Of a stretch of DNA of 64,000 nucleotides, positions 38,901-48,331 are shown in pieces. Under the pieces are notes generated by a model. That model searched no databases. It was given only the letters and a program-made list of their open reading frames with translations, and was not told the origin of the DNA. Numbering within the stretch: position 1 is the first letter of the stretch; the number at the start of each line of letters is the position of its first letter. A program made the position numbers and the translations under genes. Source of the stretch: Candidatus Bathyarchaeota archaeon (GTDB lineage: Archaea; Thermoproteota; Bathyarchaeia; Bathyarchaeales; Bathycorpusculaceae); assembly GCA_963832745.1 (NCBI GenBank), contig CAWHVC010000003.1, positions 128,001 to 192,000 of the forward strand, given 5' to 3'.

Positions 38901-39134
38901 ATGGCAAAAGATTTAGTTTGCAACATGGATGTTGACGAGAAAACCGCAAAATGGAAAACAGTTTACCAAGGAAAAACATACTACTTCTGCGCTCCAGGAT
39001 GCAAAAAAATGTTCGAAGAAGAACCGGAACTCTACATAAACGCTGAAGTCTCAGAAGACCAGCACCACCAGCATCATCACCATCACGAAGGAGAAGACAC
39101 TAAGAGCTGCGGTTGTGGCTGCGGAGGACACTAA
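38901..39134 (+). CDS. YHS/TRASH metal-binding protein with His/Cys-rich tail
   Basis: KDLVCNMDV..YYFCAPGC; HHQHHHHH, CGCGCGGH. Confidence 0.85.
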   Translation: MAKDLVCNMDVDEKTAKWKTVYQGKTYYFCAPGCKKMFEEEPELYINAEVSEDQHHQHHHHHEGEDTKSCGCGCGGH

Positions 39135-39158
39135 ACCCCCGCTTCTAGTTTTATTTTT

Positions 39159-39833
39159 TTAAATGTCATTTTCTTTCTTTAAAGGCTCAGAAACCGTTGC
39201 CAACAAGATGTTTTCAGCAAACAAGTCCTCATCAAAAGCTCCAACAAAATCAATTTTATCGTTAATTACAACTTTAGGAACACCCATAACATTGTATTTC
39301 ATGCTTAAGTCGGGAAATTCGCTTGTGCTAATAACATCGGCTTTTACGAAGTCACTTTCAACTGCAAGTTTGTGAGCTATAGCGGCTGCAACGGGGCAGT
39401 GTGGACAAGTTAGGGAGACAAAAACTTGAATGTGCACAGGAGATTTAACGTCTTGAAGTATCTTTTTGGTTTTTTCTGTTAAGTCAGTTGATCCCTTTGA
39501 AACGTTAAAGATTGCGTCAATCAGGGCTTGTAATTCGTATCCATAGGGCAATCCGTAGATTCTTACGCCATAATCTTTTGCACCGATAATCGCCAACGCG
39601 GGAATCTTGTCAATTCCGTACTCTTTAGCTTTCGCAGCGTCAGCAACAAAATCGTAAACTTCAACCGACAACTTACCGTTTAAACTAGCGATTTCCTGAA
39701 TTAACCCTCTTGTGTTGTTACAGGAACCGCACTCTATTTCTTGTGTAAACATAACAATTCTGACGGGGTTACTTAGTTTCAGGTTTAAATCGTTTTTTAA
39801 AAGGTCTTTTTTGTCTTCAGGAATCATTCCCAT
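39159..39833 (-). CDS. Protein disulfide oxidoreductase (two thioredoxin folds)
   Basis: CGSC and CPHC; P-x-GYE. Confidence 0.88.
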   Translation of the reverse strand: MGMIPEDKKDLLKNDLNLKLSNPVRIVMFTQEIECGSCNNTRGLIQEIASLNGKLSVEVYDFVADAAKAKEYGIDKIPALAIIGAKDYGVRIYGLPYGYELQALIDAIFNVSKGSTDLTEKTKKILQDVKSPVHIQVFVSLTCPHCPVAAAIAHKLAVESDFVKADVISTSEFPDLSMKYNVMGVPKVVINDKIDFVGAFDEDLFAENILLATVSEPLKKENDI

Positions 39834-39949
39834 AAAATATGTCTCCAGCAAAGAGTGTTCTATTAACCATTAAATGGTTTCAGAACTATATACTAATAGA
39901 ATCAGAGAATCTTGAATATAACTTTTCAAAAAAAGAAGAGTTAAGTTGT

Positions 39950-40894
39950 TTATGCATTATCGCCGTTGAAAACGTGCCTTGATGAACTTGAGGTTTCTTC
40001 GACCAACTGGTGAAGTCCATCAAGAACAAAAGCAAGTCTTTCACCTTTACTGGTTAAACCGTACATTTTTGGTGTTTTGCGAATGAAAATTAGTTTCTTT
40101 CCTTTCAAACCACGTAGGTACTTGTAGGTTCGTCTTATTGAAAGCCCTGTTTCTTTAGCTAGTTTGCCTGCAGAAATGCCTTCGGGACTGATTGCTTCGT
40201 AAACTCTTTTTTCTGTTGGTGCAAGGTTTTCTTTGCTTGGGTCTCGTTTGGATTTGAAGAAGAATATGTAATCTCTTTCTTTTGGTGTTTCAATTAAATC
40301 TTCTTCACGCAGACGTTTTAGGATGCGAGAAGTAATTTTTGGCGCAATTAGTTCTTGTACGTCTTCGAAAGTTTTAGGTCCAGCAAGTAAGGCGCAAAGC
40401 AGTGTTTCTTCGTAACATTCGCTATGTGCAGGAAGTACTGTGCAGTATTCTGGAAAACCAAAAAGTAGCTCAGTTAATCTACCGCCGAAATTGGTTGCGT
40501 AATACTCGTCTCTAGTTTCATTTGCAAGACCTACTTGCATTAACGGACGCAGATACTCAGCGTTGATAGTGTCTTGACTGTGTGTGTGACCTGTTTTTTT
40601 CAGTTCTTGCTGAATCTGACTAACCGAGTATTTGCCTTTAACGATTGATTGTAAAATGTGGAATCTAGTTTCATTTTTTAGGACATTAAATAGGTCTTTG
40701 ATGAAGTTTGGGTTGTCCATTGTGTCACGTAGTTGGCGCAACTCATTTTTTAGTTTGTATACTTGGCAGCGTCCAATACATTCAAGTGGTGATACAGGTG
40801 CACAGTTTCGGCATTCAGTGTCAAGTGTAGACAATAGGTCTGCGAGGTCCTTCTTTTTTTCGCCGTTTTTTATCGGCATTACGACATTTCCCAT
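39950..40894 (-). CDS. Multi-winged-helix protein with Cys cluster
   Basis: CRNC...C...C, then several wHTH-like segments; start placed at ATG 40894 after GAGGGG. Confidence 0.7.
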   Translation of the reverse strand: MGNVVMPIKNGEKKKDLADLLSTLDTECRNCAPVSPLECIGRCQVYKLKNELRQLRDTMDNPNFIKDLFNVLKNETRFHILQSIVKGKYSVSQIQQELKKTGHTHSQDTINAEYLRPLMQVGLANETRDEYYATNFGGRLTELLFGFPEYCTVLPAHSECYEETLLCALLAGPKTFEDVQELIAPKITSRILKRLREEDLIETPKERDYIFFFKSKRDPSKENLAPTEKRVYEAISPEGISAGKLAKETGLSIRRTYKYLRGLKGKKLIFIRKTPKMYGLTSKGERLAFVLDGLHQLVEETSSSSRHVFNGDNA

Positions 40895-41060
40895 TATTTC
40901 CCCCTCTCGACATTGCCATGACGGGTGAAGGAGTAAAGAGATTGGTTGTGAAAAACTTGTAACGTTTTTCGATAGTCCCGTCATGACACGCGTCATAGGT
41001 ATGACAATCGTCAACTTTAAATATATTTCCCCATAAATTACCCAATAATCAGGTGATTGT

Positions 41061-41468
41061 TTGCTGTTACCATGTGAAGTCGGAGTGAAAACAGTTCTGC
41101 CAGCAGTAAAAGCCATAATGGCCAGAACAATCGTAGAAAAACATGGATTAAAAGAAAAAGATACTGCAACGCTTTTGGGTTTGTCGCAATCTGCCATTAG
41201 CCGGTACATGAACCGTGACCGCGGCAATAACCTGCTTGAAATAGAAAACACACTGGAAGTCCAGTTACTTATTGACCAGATGGTTACTTACCTAGTTAAG
41301 GAACCAGAGAAAAAACATGAAATTATGACGTTATTCTGTCAAACCTGCAAAACCATCCGCGAAAAGGGCTTGATGTGCAAACTGTGCCGTAAAGATATGA
41401 ATGAAGACTGGGCTCAAGATTGCGCTTTTTGCAGAGTTGAGGCAATAAAAATCTGCCAACCGCCCTAA
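41061..41468 (+). CDS. HTH transcriptional regulator
   Basis: LLPCE..VK.VLPA, LLGLSQSAISRY. Confidence 0.85.
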   Translation: MLLPCEVGVKTVLPAVKAIMARTIVEKHGLKEKDTATLLGLSQSAISRYMNRDRGNNLLEIENTLEVQLLIDQMVTYLVKEPEKKHEIMTLFCQTCKTIREKGLMCKLCRKDMNEDWAQDCAFCRVEAIKICQPP

Positions 41469-41540
41469 ATTTCATTTCTTTCCAAAGCATCTTGAACGTT
41501 TATTAAAGCCCAGATTAAACTGAAGTTAAGGGATTATGCT

Positions 41541-42479
41541 TTGTCTTCATACGATGAGAAAAACGTTCTAGACATTATCGAAAAAGTGAGCAAAAGTGTC
41601 GTAAACATAAGCACAGTGAAGCTTGTTCATAATATTTTTTATCAAGCAGTTCCAGTCGGCGGTATGGGTTCAGGCACTATAATTGACGCAAAACAAGGCT
41701 TAATCCTGACCAATAACCATGTAGTGGGTGGCGCAGAAAAAATCAACATAACACTTTGGAATAATGAAGTTCTACAAGGTACCATCGCTGGGTCCTGTGC
41801 AATCCATGACATCGCAGTCATAAAAGTCAACGGAAATGATTTACAGGCATCTGAACTTGGGGATTCTGACAAGCTTCGGGTTGGACAACGTGTTTACGCG
41901 ATTGGTAACCCGTTTGGTTTAACAGGTGGACCTAGCGTAACAAGCGGTGTTGTGAGCGCGATTAACCGCACAATTGAGTCTCAACGAGGCGTTTTTGAGA
42001 ATCTTGTTCAAACTGACGCCGCCATCAACCCGGGCAATAGTGGTGGTCCACTTGTGGATTTAGAAGGAAAAGTTGTGGCAATCAACACTGCAATTATCCC
42101 GTACGCTCAAGGCATAGGATTTGCTGTTCCAATTAATTCTGCAAAAACCTGCACAAATGGCATCATAACTGAAGGCGCACCTAAGAGTGCATGGCTGGGT
42201 ATAATCGGTTTAAGCCTGACCCTTGATGTAGCGCGGTATTATGGATTGCCTGTTGATCATGGCGTTTTGGTTACGAAAGTTTCACGAGGAAGCCCGGCGG
42301 CGTCTGCAGGGATAGCTGAAGGTGACATAATTTTAAGTTTAGAAAACGTTGAAATTCATAGAATTGAGGATTTAGTTGCTCAAATTCATAAACGCAAAGT
42401 CGGTGATTCCATTCGAATATTTGCTTTACGTAATAGTCGTGAGCATTACTTTGACTTAACTTTAAGCCAAACTCCATAA
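41541..42479 (+). CDS. HtrA/DegP-like serine protease with PDZ domain
   Basis: LTNNHVV, DIAV, QTDAAINPGNSGGPL. Confidence 0.93.
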   Translation: MSSYDEKNVLDIIEKVSKSVVNISTVKLVHNIFYQAVPVGGMGSGTIIDAKQGLILTNNHVVGGAEKINITLWNNEVLQGTIAGSCAIHDIAVIKVNGNDLQASELGDSDKLRVGQRVYAIGNPFGLTGGPSVTSGVVSAINRTIESQRGVFENLVQTDAAINPGNSGGPLVDLEGKVVAINTAIIPYAQGIGFAVPINSAKTCTNGIITEGAPKSAWLGIIGLSLTLDVARYYGLPVDHGVLVTKVSRGSPAASAGIAEGDIILSLENVEIHRIEDLVAQIHKRKVGDSIRIFALRNSREHYFDLTLSQTP

Positions 42480-42509
42480 TGTAAAATATGTTTTTGTAGG
42501 TGGAATAAA

Positions 42510-42941
42510 TTGAGTAGTGAAGAGCAAATTAAAGAAATCCTAACAAAATACAAGACTATAGCAGTGGTTGGGTTATCAAACACCATTGGAAAACCAAGCC
42601 ACCGAGTAGCTGCATATCTTAAACAGCACGGCTACATCATAATACCTGTAAATCCTACAATCGAAGAAGCTTTAGGCAGTAAAAGCTACAAAACCCTGCT
42701 AGATATACCTCCAGAAATCGCAAAAGGTATTGAGGTTGTGGATATTTTTCGTAAAAGTGAAGATGTGCCGCCGGTTGTTGAGCAGGCAATTGAGCTTAAG
42801 CAGCGGTATGGTCAACCCTTCGTGGTTTGGATGCAGCTGGGTATCCGTAATGAGCTGGCGGCTGAGGCTGCGAGGCAAGCGGGGCTAATTGTGGTTATGG
42901 ATAAGTGCATGATGAAGGAGCGCCTCCACCTGTTTCCTTAA
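42510..42941 (+). CDS. CoA-binding protein (YccU-like)
   Basis: IAVVGLS, PVNP, VDIFR, WMQLG, MDKC. Confidence 0.9.
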   Translation: MSSEEQIKEILTKYKTIAVVGLSNTIGKPSHRVAAYLKQHGYIIIPVNPTIEEALGSKSYKTLLDIPPEIAKGIEVVDIFRKSEDVPPVVEQAIELKQRYGQPFVVWMQLGIRNELAAEAARQAGLIVVMDKCMMKERLHLFP

Positions 42942-42945
42942 TAGC

Positions 42946-43809
42946 TTATGCGGCCCCCAATATCAATGAAGCAACCGTTGCAATTATCACGATTGCCAGA
43001 GTCTCTGCCAAAGTTACCTTCCAGTTGACACGCGTTTTCTTTGAACGATACCTGACCAGAAAGATGCCCACTATGGCAACAACCAAAGCCAGAGAAACCA
43101 CGATGTTGAAGACTGGTGGAAGCAGTAAGTACGCAGCTATGGGTATAATCCCTGCTACGAACGTGGTGGTTCCACAGATTATTGCAGCATAAAGATTCGA
43201 ACGATGAATTTCTTTACCTAGCAACGTGAATAGCTTTTGCACTAGTATCAAAGATTTGTCGCGTTCTTTTTTGTCCGGAATGTCGCTTAAACTGTAATTC
43301 ATCAATGTTTGCAGCGTCATGATATCGGCAAGGTCTTCAGTGATACCGCCAAGTAGAAAACTGGAAAAGTTGGTGATAGCAACTGCACTCAAAGTTAGAA
43401 AAGCTGCGAAGACTACAGCGTTTGGGTTACCAAGAAATGTTGATGTGCCTGCGAAAGTGGCTATGAATGCTGAGAGTATAACGACAAGACTTGTCACTGA
43501 ACCGTCAACAAGTCCTGCGACAACTTCCATAATAGGCTCCTTTTTCAATAGTAGGCTTTCCCATTCTTTGCCCAGTTTTTGGCCCTGAGTAGTTAACTGG
43601 ACGTATTCGCCGTCTTCTCTAAGTAGCCCTTCGTTACGCATTTCTTTAAGTGATTTGTCTAGTTCACTCATTTCCACGCAAGTGTAGCTGACGCAGACAC
43701 GGTCAATTTTGCCTTTGAGAACTGACTTTTTAATTTTAGCGCCCTTGCTTAAATTTAAAAGAACAATTACCCTAATGACATCTGGTAAATCTTGTATTTC
43801 AAATGCCAC
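42946..43809 (-). CDS. Membrane protein: N-terminal wHTH-like domain + VIT1/CCC1-like TM region
   Basis: VQLTTQG wing; GLVDG TM motif and ~5 TM segments. Confidence 0.6.
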   Translation of the reverse strand: MAFEIQDLPDVIRVIVLLNLSKGAKIKKSVLKGKIDRVCVSYTCVEMSELDKSLKEMRNEGLLREDGEYVQLTTQGQKLGKEWESLLLKKEPIMEVVAGLVDGSVTSLVVILSAFIATFAGTSTFLGNPNAVVFAAFLTLSAVAITNFSSFLLGGITEDLADIMTLQTLMNYSLSDIPDKKERDKSLILVQKLFTLLGKEIHRSNLYAAIICGTTTFVAGIIPIAAYLLLPPVFNIVVSLALVVAIVGIFLVRYRSKKTRVNWKVTLAETLAIVIIATVASLILGAA

Positions 43810-43957
43810 TTAACAACTTCACCAATTTAATACTCAACTGAGATTCAAATTGACTAATAACTCTTATGCGACAAACTGAACCTTTCCGATGGCGTCAAGG
43901 CACAAATTGGCGTACTTTCGGGGTGATTTTACGGGTTTAAAGCCTACCCATTTGTGA

Positions 43958-43996
43958 ATAGGTAGACCCCCTATAGGTTTCTGCATAGAACCTCTA
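43958..43996 (-). repeat. Intact copy of dispersed intergenic repeat (reverse strand)
   Basis: Reverse complement of 43974-43996 is TAGAGGTTCTATGCAGAAACCTA, 23/23 with the reconstituted attB, followed by a G-run. Confidence 0.85.
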
Positions 43997-44241
43997 TTAG
44001 GATTCATATAGGCTCCAAAAAGGTTGGTGACGAGCTACCCTCCTCTACGTTTTCTGCAATGATTGAAGATTAGACACCAAATAAGCAAGTTATGTTAATG
44101 ATTAAATAGGGTTGCATAGACTGTTTTGTTATGTCTGACTTAGCACCGAATTGTCCATGCCCAAAGCGAAACTGCCAACGCCATGGAAACTGCACCGAAT
44201 GTGTACGGCACCATAAAGAAAAAAATGAGATGCCTTACTGT

Positions 44242-44646
44242 TCAAGGTAACGCAAATGAATGCAGGCCAACCGTGAAAAACGAAGCCAGAAGTGTTACAA
44301 TTACCAAAATGCATGAGACAAGAGAAGCCCATTTGGCAAGCTTGAATTTTCCTTCAAAATTAAAAACTGAACCAAACGAAACAGAGAGGAACAGCAGAAG
44401 TGTTGAGGTTTCTTTTGGGTCCCATGACCAGTAGTTACCCCATGCTGTTTGAGCCCAAAGCATACCCGAAGCTAACCCCAGAAAGGTGAACAGCCATGCG
44501 GCCAAACAAAAAATGCCAGTTAACTTGTTGTCTCTAAGACGGCTAATCGATAGTGCCGTTGCAAATAGGAAGACAAAAACGTAACCTATGATGGCTAATG
44601 GGGGATGAATGTAGAGCATTACAGAAGTTAATTCGTGACTGCTCAT
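44242..44646 (-). CDS. Miniature cytochrome c assembly protein (CcsA/CcmF-like WWD domain)
   Basis: [31 protein letters not shown]-terminal GLHSF. Confidence 0.82.
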   Translation of the reverse strand: MSSHELTSVMLYIHPPLAIIGYVFVFLFATALSISRLRDNKLTGIFCLAAWLFTFLGLASGMLWAQTAWGNYWSWDPKETSTLLLFLSVSFGSVFNFEGKFKLAKWASLVSCILVIVTLLASFFTVGLHSFALP

Positions 44647-45683
44647 GACGGTTTCTTTGCCCTCATTTTAACGACAACAAAAACAGCAGCCAACAAAACC
44701 GTTACAACCGCCGCCACAATTGTAATCGTTATCCAGTCGATCCCTTGGGCTTCTTCTACTTCAAAGCTGGTAATTGTTGATGCTGACTGAACAGAAGATG
44801 AAGAGTCTTGAATGGTTGCTCGAATAGCACAGGTTGATGCCATATCTGGGGTTGTCCACTGGTAACTGCCGCTGCCGGGCAAGTCAGTTGCCAACGTTAT
44901 CCATTGTTTATTGTTTATTATGTATTCCAGTTTGACTTTCAGGGTGCTTGTTCCGCCGGTGGCTTGCCACTGAATGGTCTGCTTTGAACCTATCGGCAAA
45001 TGTTCACCTTGAGTTGGAGCTGTAATTTGAATTGATAGGGTTGTTTGGGTTGTCGATGGTGAAGCAGAAGGTTGAGTGGAGGTTGAAGGTGTGTTTGTTA
45101 GGGTAGCTGTTGAGGTGGGGGCTGGTGTCGATGTGGACTGTGTTGGTGTGGGTGTTGATGCTGGGGGTGTTGGTGTGGGAAAAGGTTCTGGGGTTCCTGT
45201 GGGTTGACCTATAGTAATTAACGGGTAAGGTGAGTAGGTATCAGAGAAATAGCAGTTGCCATGCGTATTGTATCCTGTTGCTTGAATATTCAGGTAGTCG
45301 TAGCCATCTGAGGTTCCTGTTATTTGCCATGTAGCTGTTGTAGTTCCTGAAGGTAAGGAACCAATGGTGTATGTAGGGTTGGTAACTTTGAAATGGCCAT
45401 TGGCAGAACTTAACGTTAAGGAAACACCGTTCATAGTTGAGTAGGTTGCTGTGTTAACGTCATTTAAGACAACCACTTTTACGGTAATAGTTTGATCAAC
45501 ACTTAATGTTGAAGGTATTTGGTTGCCACTATCACCTTCAAGAATGTCAAGGTACTGATAATATCCCTCTGAACTGTGGCAGCTTTGGCAGGGATTATTT
45601 GAAATACTAAGGGTTGGCGGAGAAAAAACCAGCCCAAGAACAGCCAAAGATACAATTAGCACTATTATTGTCACTTTTTTCAA
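44643..45683 (-). CDS. Secreted membrane-anchored CxxCH (c-type heme) protein with Ig-like domains
   Basis: Signal peptide, CQSCH, PT linker, C-terminal TM + basic tail; overlaps the ccsA-like gene. Confidence 0.72.
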   Translation of the reverse strand: MKKVTIIVLIVSLAVLGLVFSPPTLSISNNPCQSCHSSEGYYQYLDILEGDSGNQIPSTLSVDQTITVKVVVLNDVNTATYSTMNGVSLTLSSANGHFKVTNPTYTIGSLPSGTTTATWQITGTSDGYDYLNIQATGYNTHGNCYFSDTYSPYPLITIGQPTGTPEPFPTPTPPASTPTPTQSTSTPAPTSTATLTNTPSTSTQPSASPSTTQTTLSIQITAPTQGEHLPIGSKQTIQWQATGGTSTLKVKLEYIINNKQWITLATDLPGSGSYQWTTPDMASTCAIRATIQDSSSSVQSASTITSFEVEEAQGIDWITITIVAAVVTVLLAAVFVVVKMRAKKPS

Positions 45684-45821
45684 ACAGAAACGTCTCCCTT
45701 TGCCCGCAAGACACAGCTTTCTTTATCAAAACCAAAAGCCGGTACTTAATCTTTTTTAAAAAAGCAAAAAAAGAGGTTAAATAAGCATAAGAGCAATAAA
45801 CAACCTTCAAAGTGGCATTAA

Positions 45822-46067
45822 ATGGCTAAGGGCCATAAAGCTGAAGCGCAAAAAAGATTGAAAATCCAGAGGTATTTCTGGAATATCGTCGGCACTGAAG
45901 AACACATCAATATTCCCAAGCTGCAGGATGCGATTCGAAAAGAATTTCACTCAACAGATAGCCGTTTGATTGATTCCCAGATTAGGTTAATGCAGACCGA
46001 AGGCAAAATCAGGGTTGAAGAAAAAGTTAAGGTATGGATAAAACAGCCTAGTTCTGTGGACACTTAA
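45822..46067 (+). CDS. Small winged-helix-like protein
   Basis: 81 aa basic ORF; LMQTEGKIRV wing pattern. Confidence 0.6.
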   Translation: MAKGHKAEAQKRLKIQRYFWNIVGTEEHINIPKLQDAIRKEFHSTDSRLIDSQIRLMQTEGKIRVEEKVKVWIKQPSSVDT

Positions 46068-46530
46068 GTGTGATTTTTTTGGTTACGTGCAGGTCGATGG
46101 TTATCATGAAGATAAAGGGTAGTGCAAGATAGAGGAAGGCAAACGCGGGGTTGCTAAATAATTGAACGCAAAAGCTTTGAGATATCAAGTTCGGGTTTGT
46201 GACGTCTATTCCAATGAGATTAAACTGGTTAATTATGGCTGTACTTGCTACCGTTAAGCCTAAGCTGATTAGGAATCGAATAAAAAGCCTGTTTACTCCT
46301 CCAAAGACAAGTCTTGAAATAATTGTAGATAAGACAAAGGTCCAAGCAAATGAGAAGATGAAAACTGCCGTGTTTGTTCTGCTGATTAGTATTGATGCGA
46401 GAAAGGGGTTGAATAAGCTTAGTGAGGCTGTAATTGAGGAGAGGGCTGTTTGGGTGAAGATTTGGTAGCTGAGCATTAAGAAGTAGGCTAAAACCAAGTA
46501 GGCTGCTGTCATCGTTATTTTTCTAGCCAA
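46048..46530 (-). CDS. Hypothetical membrane protein
   Basis: 4 TM segments. Confidence 0.7.
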   Translation of the reverse strand: MARKITMTAAYLVLAYFLMLSYQIFTQTALSSITASLSLFNPFLASILISRTNTAVFIFSFAWTFVLSTIISRLVFGGVNRLFIRFLISLGLTVASTAIINQFNLIGIDVTNPNLISQSFCVQLFSNPAFAFLYLALPFIFMITIDLHVTKKITLKCPQN

Positions 46531-46689
46531 ACCGCTTCACTTCTTCAAGTAATTAACGTGATCTGTTATAATTGTTACTCACCTACAATTGCCTTTTTTG
46601 TTATAACCATAACCTATCAATCAGGCGTACAAGCGACGAAGATATTAGCAAATTAACTGTATAATCAAAAACAAGAAAAAGGTCAAAAA

Positions 46690-47291
46690 ATGAAACACCC
46701 CACGATAACAATCCTATCGGCACTCACCGCTGCCTGCGCGTACATCATTTTCACCTTGGCATCTGCACTTCATTTTCTCCAAGCCTACAGTCCATTAACA
46801 CAGTCCATTAACCAATTGGCTCAGCGACTTTGGCAACCCAAACCCAAAATCCAACAGGCGCATTATACTACAATCTTGTCGGCGCATTAACAAGCTTTAG
46901 CCTTGCGGGCCTTTTTCGTTGCAATAACAACCTGGAAAGCAACCGACGACAAAACAAAAGCATTGTTACATTTTTTACAAATCGCTGGGATAGCCCTTGC
47001 CTGCGCATTTATTGCAACAGTAATTTACCCCTTGGGAGTTAACGACCAAATCCATGGAGCCGCCTCAACAGCCCTGTTTGTTTGCGTGGGCTTTTTTGAA
47101 ATTTTTTCGGCAACTGCCATGCGTAGAAATCCTGTTTACGGAAAGAAGCTTTTTGTTTTCGGCATAACGGTGGCTATTATAAATTTTGTTTCCGGGTCAG
47201 CTTCAATTTTGCAAACATGTTTGTCGGCGAATGGGTAATGGTTGCGTTACTAATCACTTATATGCTAACGCTTTCCGTAACAAGAAATGAA
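46690..47291 (+). pseudogene. Frameshifted DUF998-like membrane protein
   Basis: Hydrophobic coding pieces in several frames (YSPL.. / NWLSDFG / NPTGALYYN / VIYP..IHG). Confidence 0.6.
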
Positions 47292-47295
47292 TAGA

Positions 47296-47631
47296 TTATT
47301 TTTTGCTTTTTCCCCTGAAGTCTTCAGGGTCAATTTGAACACGTTTTCCATCTTTCATAATATAGAAGTGAAAATCATATTCAGCACAATAATTTTTAAA
47401 GTCCAAATAATCCCTTTCATTTCCCTTAAACATGTCCTCAGTTGCAACTTGACAGATACGGGTCAAGCAGCCAGGCTTTTTAGCTACAACATCAGGAGTG
47501 TAGGGACCCATTTTAGCAGGTTTATTCCAACCCTCAACGTTAGCGTTAACATCCCAATTATCCTTCTTTAATGCTTCAGCTATTTCTAAAACGCATGCGT
47601 CACGAGGTTCATCAACTTTTTTCTTACTCAT
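47296..47631 (-). CDS. Hypothetical protein, PD-(D/E)XK-like pattern
   Basis: PYTPDVVAKK...ICQV. Confidence 0.65.
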   Translation of the reverse strand: MSKKKVDEPRDACVLEIAEALKKDNWDVNANVEGWNKPAKMGPYTPDVVAKKPGCLTRICQVATEDMFKGNERDYLDFKNYCAEYDFHFYIMKDGKRVQIDPEDFRGKSKK

Positions 47632-47696
47632 AAAAGCACCAATACAAGTAAGCGCGAAGGTTTAATTAAGAATTTAGAAAAAATGTTTTCAACAGG

Positions 47697-47828
47697 TTAC
47701 TTTTTGCCTTTGCCGGCATGTTTTGCTGGAAGTGAAACCTGTTTTCTCTCTTTACGCTTTTGTTCTTTTTCACGTAACATTTGCTTATGCTTTTCTAGAC
47801 CTTCAGCTTTCTTTGCTTTCTTAGACAA
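47697..47828 (-). CDS. Small basic protein (43 aa)
   Basis: AGGTTGA SD + TTG; MSKKAKKAEGLEKHKQMLREKEQKRKERK... Confidence 0.5.
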   Translation of the reverse strand: MSKKAKKAEGLEKHKQMLREKEQKRKERKQVSLPAKHAGKGKK

Positions 47829-48331
47829 AATACATCAACCTTTTTAAAATATAGAAAAATGAGATACTCAAAAACATTTGCATTTTTAAAATTATTTAAG
47901 TGATTAAAAAATTGTTAAAAAAATAAACAGGGAATGCCTTTTGAGATTTAGATGGTTTGTTTCAGTGCACGTTTTAAAAGTAGCAAACCTGCAGCTAAAA
48001 ACACTAAGCCCGCTATGATGAGCACGTAAGGCAACCAAATGTGCAGAGAAATTTTGGAGCCTAACTGGATTTGTGCATCCACACCGTCAGAGCCGTCGGC
48101 GTTCATTATGACATGGCGACTATGCTAAGAAGTAGCACTAAAATACTGACTAAAGTTAACAGGATTTTCTTTTTTGAAGCAGTCAAGTTGGCCATTCCCC
48201 TATTAAGCAAGCTACAATTAATTTTGAATAAAAGCTTTCCGAAGAACCTTAAAACAAACTCCTAAACGTCGGGTAAAAATACAACTTGAATTTAGTAAAG
48301 CATATTTTATTCAATCTTGAATTAACTATTA

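Noticed and set aside
40895-41251. N-terminal extension of ORF 39950-41251
   Set aside because: Overlaps the divergent HTH gene; an SD and ATG at 40894 give a better start.
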